64,000 nt of DNA from Monocercomonoides exilis PA203 (Eukaryota; Protista; Preaxostyla), in contig LSRY02000017.1 in the NCBI GenBank assembly GCA_001643675.2, positions 1,583,473 through 1,647,472 of the forward strand. The letters run 5' to 3'. Positions 48,901 to 60,982 of the stretch are shown piece by piece (position 1 is the first letter of the stretch; each line of letters begins with the position of its first letter). Under the pieces are notes generated by a model. That model had not been told where the DNA came from. It saw only the letters and a list, made by a program, of their open reading frames with translations, and ran no database searches. The position numbers and the translations under genes were made by a program.

Positions 48901-51900
48901 GGACGCTGCTGAGAGCGAAGGAGAGGGAGGCTCCAGTGTAGAAGAGGTAGTGACGAAGATGCTGTGGTGCTTGACAAGAAGCGACATGTCGATTCCTTCT
49001 CCGTCGAATTCGATCTGCCCGCAGCTGCAGCTGAAAGACGGCTGGTTGCGCAGCTTGGCGATGAGAGAGGTGGCTGGTGCAGAGGAAGGCGAGGTTGACT
49101 GCACGCCAACAACAGGAGAGACCACTTTGACTGCAGACGGCGCAAATGGAATGGCTGGCTGTGGTGACACATGGGCAGACGAAGGCATCGGCTGCTGAGT
49201 GGCTGTTGTGCTTGGTGAAGAAGATGAAGCAGAAGATGAAGCAGAAGATGAAGCAGAAGATGAAGGCGAGGATGAAGGTGAAGACGAAGATGAAGAAAAA
49301 GAAGGGTAGCGATGATGTGATAAAGGAGATTGAGAAGAAAAAGAAGGATTGACAGACGAGGCATTCCATCCTTTGCGATATGTCCGCTCTGTAAGTTCTC
49401 TGAAGCTGCTCAGTTCGTCTTCGTTTTTCGTGCCTAAAGAAGCAGACGAAGAACATTTTGGTGACGGAATGATGTCGCAAAAGAGAGAAAGTTCAGTCAC
49501 AACACGCTTTCCAGCTGGAATGCGGTTGGCAGCAATGTTCGATGAAGGATTCGCGGTATCAGTTGCATCATCGTCAGAAATGCAGCAGAAGAGCGAATAC
49601 TCCGAAGGCGCTTCTGACTCCATTTCTCCGAGCACAAACGAAGTCTGCTCTTCCAAAAGTTCGTCTTCTCCGCTTTTCGTTTGAGACTTGCTGTTTGCCT
49701 GTTGCTGAGGCTGCGCGTCCTCATCTTCCAAAATAAGAAGGACGGATTTCTTTCTTTTGGCACCGTATTCTTCAAATATCTTTTGTGTGTGTGCGAGCGA
49801 CCTGATCAGAGCAAGGCGATGCGAAAAGGGGAACTCGAGGAGATCGAAGGGGATGTAGTGCAGCCTGAACACAGGGACGAGAAGAAAGATTGTGATAGGT
49901 GCCACTGCCAGGGCGAGCGTGTGTGTGGAATGAAGCGCTGCGGAGAGACGGTATCGGATTGTGTGGCTTTTCGTTTTGGAGATTTCGAACAGATTTCGTG
50001 CGGTTTCCAGCGCTGCTTTGAGGCTGTTTGCGAGCGGAAGGAAAGGCAGCTGAGGCGCTGCTTGGTTTGATGAGCTTGTTGGGCTGAATGGATTGGCAGT
50101 GCTTTTGCGAGCAGAAGTGCCGATGCTGTGGAAGGCGGTGGTGTACATCCGCTGGAAGTAGAAGAGGAAGTTGAGTGTGGCGCGGCGTGTGCGGGCAGAA
50201 AGCGAGGTGTCGAAGGCGCGTATCAGAGGCGCATCTTCGTTCTGCATGGCGGTGCGGAGGATGGCGCACACGTCGTGCAGAAGAGACGTGCTTATCTGCT
50301 CAAACGCTCTCTGCTGAAACATGAGTGTGTCAACAGCGTCGGCAAATGTGGTGATGGTGGAGATGGCGTCAGTGCTCTGCTGTGCGCCAGAGGAGTTCAC
50401 TGAGCATCCTGTTTGTTGAGCTGCTGAAAAGGGAAAGGGGGCAGACGACGCAGCTGGCAACGGAGTGAACGAAGAGGCATTTGGTGACGTGTTGGGAAAC
50501 ACTGTTTCCTCTTTGAAAACGGTGTATCTTTGCTGCTGGTGTGTCTCGCAGGGGAAGCAGCGGCAGAGCGACTGGGCGATTGGATGGACAGAGAAGAACT
50601 CGTCGAAGTCAGAGTGGCACATCGGCAGGAGCTTTCCGCATTTCTGGCAGACGATCGGATGCTGCTGCAGTTTTTGTGCCTTTTCGTCTTCTGATTCGAG
50701 CGGAGGAACATAAAAAGGCCTGTTTTCTTCAGTCAGCTGGCAATAAGGACAGCTGTATTTGTCGAGCGCTTTGGAAACCTGAATGAAGATTGAAAGAGGT
50801 GATTCGTTTGAGAGGAGCTTTTGTGGCTGTGTTGGTAAAGAAGAGTTCGAAACAGCACTTGAAGACTCACCTGAAGCTGAATCAGAGGCAGAAGCCGAAG
50901 AAGAAGATTGAGAAGATGCTTCGTGTTCTGTTGGCTGTTGAGGTGCTGTTTGTGTGTTGTTCTGCTGTTGCGATTGAGAAATCCCAAGAAATGCAGAAAG
51001 TGTACCAACGATGTTTGACAGAGGAGAAGGCGATGACTGCGGATTAGATTGTGAAAAACAAGAAGGTGTTGAAGAAGAAGAAGAAGATGATGATGATTGA
51101 GATGCTTGAGATGATTCTTTTGTTGATGAAGAGATGGAAGTGAGAAGCGATGAAAGCGGTTCGGAGATTGAATTCCAGAGACTTGAAAGCGAAAAGGAGG
51201 AAGTCGGGAAAGTGACTGGTCTGTTTGGGTGGTGGCAGAGGGAGTGAAACGGCGAGTGGGGCGAGTTGACGAGGTTTGTGACGTACTGCGAGTGGAGCAG
51301 CTGGCGCGTGGTGGAGCCCATCTGAGCAGCTCTCTGTGTATTCTCGTCAGAGTAGAAAAGGGCGATGAGGAAGATGCCCTTCAGATACTCCAGCGCAAAG
51401 CAGCCTTCGAGCACTTCGGAGGGCGACAGCGGGACAGCCACAGACAACACAGCGTCGATGGCGATGGTGCGCACGACAGAAAGGATGTCTGGGTAGGATG
51501 TGACCAGATCAGCCATCCACTGCGGCAGGGCGCCTGCCATCACACTTTTGAGGATGGCAGACGAAATCTCTGACGAGTCAGAGGACGATTCAGAGGAGGA
51601 TGCGGAGGAAGAGGAAGAGGAGGTGGAGGATGATGAAGATGAGGAGGAAGAAGAAGAAGAGGATGATGATGATGAAGGATTCGTGCCTTCTAGAGTCGTT
51701 GCTGGTAAAGATGATGCTGCTATCGAGGATGATAGAGAAGAAGGAGAAGGAGAAGAAAGAGGACAAAGCAATTGCAACGGATTTGAAGACGAAGAAAAGC
51801 AATTCGTATCAGTTGAAGGATGAGAAACCGCACTAGCCTCAAGTTTCACGTGAATGTCATCTTTTGCCTCGCTTTTCAAAATATTTGTTATTTCCTTGAT

Positions 51901-53400
51901 ATCGCTTTTCTCTTTTTCATCTTCTTGTTTTTTTGCATTCCCGTTCTCGGCAGATTTGGTGTTTGTTCGAATTCCCCACGTCTTGATGGCCTCCTTCAGC
52001 TGCATCACTTTTTTGAATATCTTCCGCACAATCAGTGTTTTGTATCGGAAGAGGTTGCCTGCCACGTCCTGCAGAATAGACGCGTATGTGCGTGCCTGGC
52101 GGATGGCATTTTGAGCCGTGTTGAAATGGCCAAGCGCCTTCGCTGATGCTGCAATAACCGCATAGAATTGCATGTGCAGCGCATCAAAGTAGTGAAGCGA
52201 CAAATTCTCTATTTTTGAGAAGGTCAGCGCAGAAAATTGACTAAATGGAGCATGTGGATTAAATCTCGCTGCAGGTGTCGGAGGAAAGAGCACAGTGGAA
52301 CGAGTTGATGGAATGCCTGCAACAATTCCCCCGCTGCCAAATGGGAACGGATGGGCAATTGGAGGCGAAAGAGAATTCTGGTATTGCATCGGAGATTCTG
52401 AATGAAATAGAAAATTCGTTGCAGCAAAAATGGGCGTGAACCCAGGTGGAAGCGATGGTGGGCTCCGGCCAACAGATAATGGGGCAGAAGGTGACTGGTA
52501 CCCGTTGCTTCCAAACACAGATGGCATTGAATGAGCCATCGAAAGTTGCATCTCTGCTTGGAGTTTGCGGCGCTTCATTGAAAGAAGAATCTCCTTTGAC
52601 TTAAATGGAAAATGAATAAACTGGCTCATGTCATTGCCAAAAAGTCCATAGAATGGATTGATGTATCGTCTGTAAACCTCAAGATAGATTAATTTATTGT
52701 GACCAATCTCAAGAAATGGAATTTGAATGTCAAAAAATGGATCTTGTTCCGTATAATGTTGTTGCTCTTGTGCAACTGTGGGTGTTTGCTGCTCTTCATC
52801 GCGAACTTGTTTTGGATGAACATCTTTATCCAAAACTTGTTCGTCAATAGATTCAGAACTTCCAGTTTGCTGATTTGTTCGTAATTGACGTTCGAGGATC
52901 CTTTCTGATTTGGGTCGCGTTGGCTGCAAAGTCTTTGGCTGCATTGCAGGCTTCTTTTGATACTCTGATTTCACTTTTGGTCCAATATGAACAATTTCCT
53001 TCTTTTGCTTTGTTCCTCTGTCTATTGTTTCAAAAACGAATGATTCTCAATTTATTCGACATAAAATATCGTACCATACTTCTTTTGCGATATGGACCAC
53101 GCTTTTTAACAGGAATAAGGTATGTACATTCAATATTTCTTGTTAGGCAATTAATGCATGGTTGCTTTCTGTAAAACGCATGAAGAGTTTAAATAAGTAA
53201 CACAAAAGTTTTTTTGAAAAATAATTATAAAGACAAAGTAGTACCCATCGCATTTTATTTTTCTATATTGAGAAAAAAAATTTCATAATTTTAGAGAAAA
53301 ATTGACGAGAAAAAATATTTTTCAAAAGTTCAAACTTTTTCCTACAGCTGTCGCATGCTTGAAGTATAACTGTTCTTGTTGGTGGATTAATAATATTCAT
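45907..53400 (-). CDS. Zn(II)2Cys6 (GAL4-type) binuclear-cluster transcription factor, ~2428 aa
   Basis: Exons 53400-53336, 53262-53245, 53168-53080 and 53021-45907 splice in frame (7287 nt) to MNIINPPTRTVILQACDSCRKKKIKCDGKQPCINCLTRNIECTYLIPVKKRGP..., an exact C-x2-C-x6-C-x5-C-x2-C-x6-C. Confidence 0.88.
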
Positions 53401-53479
53401 TGAGCTTCTTTAAAATCTGCTCCGTCTGTTCAAAAAATAAGCTTAGGGTTTGGATCAGTTCACTCTTTTTCTTTACTTT

Positions 53480-54929
53480 ATGGAGTTGTTCGAGAAAGCA
53501 ATACAGCTCGCAGAGGTAGCCACAACAAAGGACAAAGAAAGTATTTGTCACGCCTTTTTGAAAAATTTTCTTTTATTGGAATTTTAAAAATGATAATAAA
53601 TGTTAATCTTTCATTCTGCTTAGACGATTATGAAGAGGCATTATCTCATTATTCTTTAGCAATCGATGAAATGAAATCATGCATGTGCAAATGCAATCAG
53701 GGAGAAAAGCAACAAATTGCTACATTCATAGATGTGTATATATCAAGAATGATACTTATTGTGAAAGCGATCTCAGCTGAAGGAGGTACTTTTAAAAGAG
53801 AAGTTCTTGAAGGCAAAATACCTGGTTACATCATCAGTACTTTGAAGTTTAAATCGATTTCTGATTCAGAGTCATTGATAATGATGAAAACTCCTTCAAA
53901 AGGTTTAATTCTGCAATAATTCAAATTTTTTTGAAGGAAATTCATATAATATTTTTAATGGAAATATTTAAAAAAATATTAGTAAACACTTTTGCACCTT
54001 CTGCATATGGACTTGGAGGGGATCATTTTAAGACTCATTTTGTAGAAATTACTCCTGAGAAAGATTATGAACCACCACCAGAAAATAGCGTAATGCTCGT
54101 GTTTTGGATTATTAGAAAAATACGAGATAGTATGGATGCTCCAACATGGATATCACCACGGATATTTTTGACTCCTTCAATATGGTATGAAATTGTGATT
54201 ATTTTGATAACATTGAAAGGAATATTTTTTAATCAAATGCTAATTGTTTTTTTCAAGGGAATCGAGCGATTATAGCATTCCATCATTTATGGACAAAGAA
54301 AATTTTGTTCTTGCTTCAAATGAAGCTTTTCAAGCACCATCACATATAAATCCAAGTCGCATCCTCACATATTTTATTTGTAAACAAGCGTTGGACGATC
54401 TAATTGACAGGCTCGAAAAAGCTCAGTCAACCTTGGCAAAAAACTTGTCATGCATAAGCGACCCTTTACCACAGAAGCAATCTTCAAATGTGGTTAAATC
54501 ATTTTTTGGTTCAATTGCCAGCAAAATGAAACATGCTGCAGCTTCATCAACTTTGTATGCTGCTCTTTTAATAATTGATTTATTTAATCACAAAATTAAA
54601 AACCTTAAATTTCTGTTTTCTTTTTCTTTTCCTTTCTTTCCTTTCTTTCTTTTTTTGCATGGGCTTCTTCGTTTTGTTCAAGAACGCATGCTGAATACAT
54701 TACACATCTCAAATTGCTTTTAGATAATGCACTTTCAATGCAACTCTGGTACGTTTTCTTTTCTGGGTTTGGCACTGCTGGACGACCACTTTGCGCAAGA
54801 ATTGAAAGAGTCGTTGAGTCTTTGAAGACTTCTCTGCTCGAATTTCTAATTCGCGATATTGGAGCAATGGTTGAGACTGAAATGCTGAATGGCAGAAAGA
54901 ATTTCAGTCGTCTATTTAAAGGGAAATGA
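53480..54929 (+). CDS. MIT-domain protein, multi-exon
   Basis: MELFEKAIQLAEVATTKDKE|.DYEEALSHYSLAIDEM is a MIT helix pattern. The C-terminal EPPP..FWIIRKIRDSM..WISPRIFLTPSIW and EFLIRDIG resemble uncharacterised fungal MIT proteins (from memory). Confidence 0.7.
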
Positions 54930-55512
54930 TTTCATAAGCTACATGTTTTTATTCCAATTCTCATTTATCTGTTCTTGCGCTTGTCATATTTTTATGTTTC
55001 ATTTCAGAAGTAAACATTTTTTTTAACCCGAAAAATCTTTTTTTATTTTCAGAATGGATATTTAAGATCTGAAAGCTGTAAATACGAATTGAATGTATTT
55101 GAAAATCAATAAATAATTTCCAAGTTTGGAGGAATGAAAACACAAAACTCATTGAATGGCAGTGTTCCAATATAAGTTTAGTCACTTTTCCAATAATGTC
55201 ATATTCGAGCAAAATGAAAAGAATTGTTGAAAAAAGAATTGAATGTGTTCACGAAAATTTTTGATTATAATTCTTTCTTTATAATGTTTCAACTGATTTA
55301 ATATAATGAGACGGTTACTCATTTTCATGTAATTAAATGGCACATCAAAAGTTTGTTTCAACACTTGATAATTCCGATTCTGAATGAAATTAAGATTTTA
55401 GTAATTTGTGAAATAAATAAGTGCTTTCGATAAATGAAATGAATTTTCAACACAATTCAAACTTCCAAACAAGAAAACAAAAGAAATCTCTCTCTCTTTC
55501 TATTTCCCCCTT

Positions 55513-55514
55513 TT

Positions 55515-55576
<62 letters not shown>
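55513..55576. repeat. (TTTC)n microsatellite, ~16 units
   Basis: Directly visible tandem repeat. Confidence 0.95.
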
Positions 55577-55577
<1 letters not shown>

Positions 55578-58199
55578 CTTTCTCTCAACTTTTTTTACAA
55601 GATTCTTTCTATTCTCTTCCATATGCACCTCATCAATCAATGTTCAATAGTTGGTTCAAGTACATGCACAAATATTTCGAATTGGATCAAAGTGAGCAGA
55701 GTAATTCACTTGGAAATAAAAAGAATATTCTTCATCTCTTCGTCCTCCATATAAGTTATTAACAGTGTGAATTTCTGACGGTCAAAATGTTGCTTGTATC
55801 TGAGATAAAGAAAGTTTGATTTTGTTGAAATGCTGCAAAAATCCAAAAAGAATGGATGATCAGAAAAGAAAATATGGATTATTCCAATGATGCAGTTGGT
55901 TGCGAGTTGGTAAATTCAATTGGAAAATTAAGCATTTTCAAGAAATAGATCACTTGTTGAAGAATAACTTTATTTCTTTTTCGTGTCAAATAAGTTTATT
56001 GGCAAGTTTTTTTGAATTTCTTCTCATTTTGGTTCAATCTTTTTCAATCTTATTTCATGTTGGTCTGATTTTAGATTCTGAGTTTCGTTTTGCTTCTCCT
56101 TTTTGATGAAGGATTCAAACTTTCTTTTCATTCAGTTCTTTTATCAATCTTCTTTCTCTGTTCTCCATGGTTCACGCTTTCTCTTCTGAGACTCGCTCAT
56201 GAACTTGGTTTTTCTCTCTTGACTCGTCACCTTCTCATATCCTGCTGTGGATTCTTTGAAAAATGGTTTATGTCAATTGTTATCTGCATTAAATCACTTT
56301 TGTTTATCTGCTCCTAAGCTTTTCAATGCATTTTGTAACTCAAAAGTATTGTATTTTTCTTTTTGTTTCATTTTTCGTTTCAGTTAGAAGCTGTTAAGAT
56401 ATTTTTCATTTTTTTTTTTCCAACAAGTCTTTGAAAGGAACCAAAACAACAAAAAGAGAAAAAACACAAATGTTTATTCAATTGGTTTCTTTATCATCAA
56501 AAATCTATTTCTAATGAATTGTTGCATCAATTTTTTTGTGAAATGCTCTATAACTCAAAGTTCACTGATTTGGCAATAGATAATAAGAGTCTCCCATTAT
56601 TTTCTTTCCATATCATTGTTTCAGCTGCTTCATTTGCATTCGACAGATTTCTGGGAATCCAAAGAACCCAAGAAGAATGAAGAAGGCATCGATAGAAAAG
56701 AAGAGCTGTGAATCGATATGCGCTAAAAGAAAAAAAAGTCCACTATTTGAGTAAAATTGAATGGAATTTCAATGAGAAGAAAAAAAACCTAAGCTTGAAA
56801 TGAAGAAATTTCAAAAATCATTCATTAATCAAAATATTCTAAATTGGAAAAGCATAGAATATGAATGATTTAACTTCTTTTCTTCACAAGTTCGATTCGT
56901 CTTTGGTAAATTACTTTGCGATGTTTGTTAATGCTCTTTGCTCTTCAGTTATCCTTCCAAAAAGCAACAGGCCTTTTTGCCGATAAAAGCAGATGTTTGT
57001 TTGTTGTGCCTTTTAAAGACCTCTTTCATTATGCTTCTTAACGTTTCCTGCTTTTCTTCATCAGACTCGTTCGGAAATTGTGGAGCATATAACAGATTCT
57101 TTTGCGAAATTGATGTGATTTCTCAATTCTCTTCAATTTCCTTTACTCCCTTTTGTTGGACTTCCATTTCAGTTTTATGTTTTGTCCGAGTAGATTGATA
57201 AAGCATATTTATTGCCAGCCACGATAAATGAGCATTGCAAATATTTTTCTGTTGAACATAAATGAATAAAAAAACGTTCAAACAACTTGAACTGTGCAAT
57301 TTTGAAAGAATAGTTTGCAAAAACGTTGGAGTATTCTAAAAAACTTTCTTCCATTTAAATTACTTCGATCAAGAGCAATTCAGCAGTAGCAGCTTCTGTG
57401 TTTCCAGACAAAGCTAATTCATATCGCAGGAAACTCGATACTTCTGGTGGGTGCCTCGTGTAAATTGAAGTACAGCTTCAAACTTCTTTTCCGAGTTGAT
57501 CAAAAATTCTGTCATTAGCAAATTTGAATCGTTGAAATTGCTTTCCGTTTATTATCGCAAATAAAGCACAATTCAGTTGCCCTGAGCAATAATATTCATG
57601 AAATTTCTCAAGAATTTTGGGAGTAATCGGTCTGTGTGTCATTATATGTTAAAAATTATAAAAACTTAAAATCTCTAAAAATAGGCATAGTTCAACATCC
57701 AGAAAATCACGCCAAAATAAGCATACATTGTTTATTCAAGGTGAATTTTTTCATTGTCCAACGGTGAAATTTTTGCAACTCTCAAACACTCCAGATTAAA
57801 AGAATTTTCACGCAGTTATGATGAAAGGTCCAGGATTTTTAGCGTTGAATAATTGTCTAATATGACCCAGATATTCCAAATGGTAATTCGAGGAGGAACA
57901 AAAGTGTCTGTTCTTCAAACAAAACGGGTTTATAATGAATGCAAAGGAAAAGTAATAAATAAAATCATTCAAACTGGCTATGAACAATGCAACGGAAAAT
58001 AAAATGTAGAAGACTACTCAAATATTTAACAAATTAACAAAATTTTGTCGTCTCATTGACACAGCAGTTGTTTTAACAAAATTATGTAATCTAGTATGTA
58101 TCATGATCATATTTTCGTCAAAAAGAATTCAAGATTAAAGCATTTCATTTTCATGAAAATTACTCATTTTTAAATATAGAAGTTGATGTTGCTTGGCTT

Positions 58200-60982
58200 T
58201 TTGTAAATTTTTGACATGTTGCAGAGAAAAACATCATTTAAATTTGCACTTTTTTTGAAATTTTTTTGCCTGGCTATTGTAAAGATAAATGAGAATATTG
58301 GTAAAGGGGTCATGCCTGAGAAGGACGGATTAGACGAATCCGAGTTATCAGAGGGCTGTGCGTCTCAGAGTGTTTTGTTTGCACGATTTACTGAGGCTTA
58401 ACTCTGAATATTGTCCGATTATTTATTTTTATTTTGATTAAGTCATTGATTAAAAAAAAGTCCGTTAAATTTCTCACAAGTAAATGTTTTAAAATTCATA
58501 GATATTCTCTTTTCAGCTTGAAAACGTATGAATGATTGAATATAAAAACATTGAAAAAAAACTTTAAGGACGGATGATTGGAAAGCCTTAATAATACCAT
58601 GGATGAAGTACTACCCCCCAAATACATTTTGGGAAAGGAAAAAATAAATGGGAATTTGAGGGAATCCAATGTGGGAAAAAGTCATAAAGGATGAAACTTT
58701 TATGAGTCAAAAATAAATAATTTCAAAAAATAAGTTTCTATCCTCCCCTTGAGAAAAACTTCTTCAAAGTGATTGTGATGATATTAATCAAATAAATCCT
58801 CCATTTTGGTTAATGTTTATTGAAAACTTTGAAGTTTTTTGAATCAAATTTTTAACCCCAAAAAAGTCAATTTTTTGACTTCAAGAAAAAAAGTTTCTGA
58901 TTTCTAAAAAATAGAAAAGGAATAAGGAAGAAACAGGCACGTGGGGTGGGGGCCGCGCGACAAACGCGGCAAAAGGGCGGGGAGCGAAAGCGACCGAACT
59001 TTTGCTGTGTGGCGCGTCGGCCATTGGGTGGGACTCTTTCTTCCCATCAGAAATGGCCATTATTTTCTTTAAAATTCCTCCTCCAAATTGTTCCTCCTGT
59101 GATGTACAAATTTGAAGGTTTTAAAATTTTTATTGAAAATTTTTGCCCCTCCCCCCTGAAATCCTAAAAGTTTATCTTTTATTCTTTTTTTGACTTAATG
59201 CGATTTTCTTCTTTTTTTTCGCGAGATGGATGAATATCTGCGCGCAGGATTGATGTGCGCAGATTTCATCCAGCGAGCGCTACCGGAGAAGTAGCGCGAG
59301 TGACGTGATACTGACCTCGCGGTTAGCGAGAAAATTTTGAAAAATAAGGAAAAAAAGAGGTCATTTTCAATGGAGAAAATTGATTTTTTTGTTTTATTTT
59401 TTTCTAAAAAAATACAATATTTTTCTGGATTTTTGTCGATTGTTATGCTCAACTTTTATTTTAAATTGATGTAATTTTTATCAAAATATGATATGAATTC
59501 CTCATGCTGTCATAATTTTTTATTTTTTTGAACTTTATAATTTTTTTTAATTTTTTTATTATTTTCAGAAATTGATGAAAATTGGATAGAAGATTTATGA
59601 TATGATAATATTAATTATGATGATATAATTGTGAGAATATTGATAGTTGTGGTTGAATAAAAATGAAAAAATAACAATCTGAAATATCAACAAAAATAAG
59701 ATACTTTTTTGTTTGCTCAGAACCAACCATCAACATCAATGTTCTTATGTATCATTATCATCTTTATTATATATATTATATTATATATGAAAACCAATTG
59801 AATTCAACTTCTTTTTGTGATGATATAATTTTTTTTTAATTATTTTCATTTTATAAAATATTTTTTTATCTCAACAACTGACTTTTTCTTTCTATTGAAA
59901 AAAATTCAACAATAATGATATTATGATATTGTATATAATATAATTTTTTGATGTTAGTCTGTCCATCAATTTTTGAGATAAAAAAATATTTTCATTTTTT
60001 CTCTCATTTTTGAATAATATTTAATTTTTTTATTTTTTTATAACTTTCATTTCATCTCAATTTTATTATCAAATAAATAGCAATCACATTATATATCTCT
60101 GTTATTTTTATTTTTAATATTAAAAGAAATCCTCTTGAGAAATAATTTTTTTCCATTATTTTTTTATCTTAATTAATATTTTTCTATTTATTCCATGAAC
60201 AGATAATTTTGAAATAAATATTTTGTATAGGTTATGAGGGGTGGGGAATGTGTTGGTGTATAGTGAGATTGGTAACAAACTGTTTTTGAAAAGTCGAATT
60301 CTTAACATAGAAAAATGGTTTTGATCTAGATCAAACATTTTTTTTAAAAAAATATTTTTTTCATAAGAAGTAGGAATTAGTGGTTGATGAAAAGTTACGT
60401 ATATGGGTAATATTATGAGAAGAATTGATTGGTGTGAAAATCAGAAATTAATTGATTCAAATTGTGGAATGATATGTTAAATAAAATTTTTTCAGTCAAA
60501 ATTTTCATAATTATTTTTAAAATATCTCGATAAATAAATTTTTCTTAGTAGTGAGACTTTACAGAAGTGTTAGTTGGACCATTTGTGAATTTTTGAAGTC
60601 AGGGTCAAAAATTCGAAAAATGCAAAATTTTGATTTTTTCTGATTAAGTTGAATTTAGCTCAAGTTAGTCAGAAAAATTGAAAAATTGGTGAAAATCGGT
60701 TTTTATGAAAGTTGTGATCGAAACTTATGAAAACACAAAAAGTTCGGATAATTCGCGAATAGTCCGCTGAATTTTTTTCTCGGGCCAGATTGGTCTGGTT
60801 AGTGAGAAAATGTGATATGAAGATTTTGACTGAAAAAGTGGTGATCTTAGATCAACGACCGAAAAATATGAGGTCTCAGATTCCTTTGATAATTGGCAGG
60901 TGGCAAGGACGTGGGCCCCTTATAAACATACTCGAATCTAAATTTTTTCTACCGAGCAATTGTGGCAGGGCAGTGCGGACAA
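58200..60982. other. Gene-free subtelomeric region with two GC-rich hairpin islands
   Basis: Very AT-rich with no credible ORFs. GC/CpG islands at ~58936-59059 and ~59220-59330. Left boundary approximate. Confidence 0.7.

Noticed and set aside
1984-52146. Many Phe/Ser/Leu-rich antisense or overlapping ORFs
   Set aside because: They are shadows of low-complexity Glu/Lys/Ser coding sequence on the opposite strand or in another frame.
53480-54929. MIT gene as the split-off N-terminus of the MIT-less calpain-7
   Set aside because: It is 26 kb away and has its own distinct C-terminal domain, so it looks like a separate family.
55760-58200. Decayed coding-like sequence or possible subtelomeric retroelement
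   Set aside because: Only short stop-interrupted frames, with no RT, endonuclease or other recognisable motifs.
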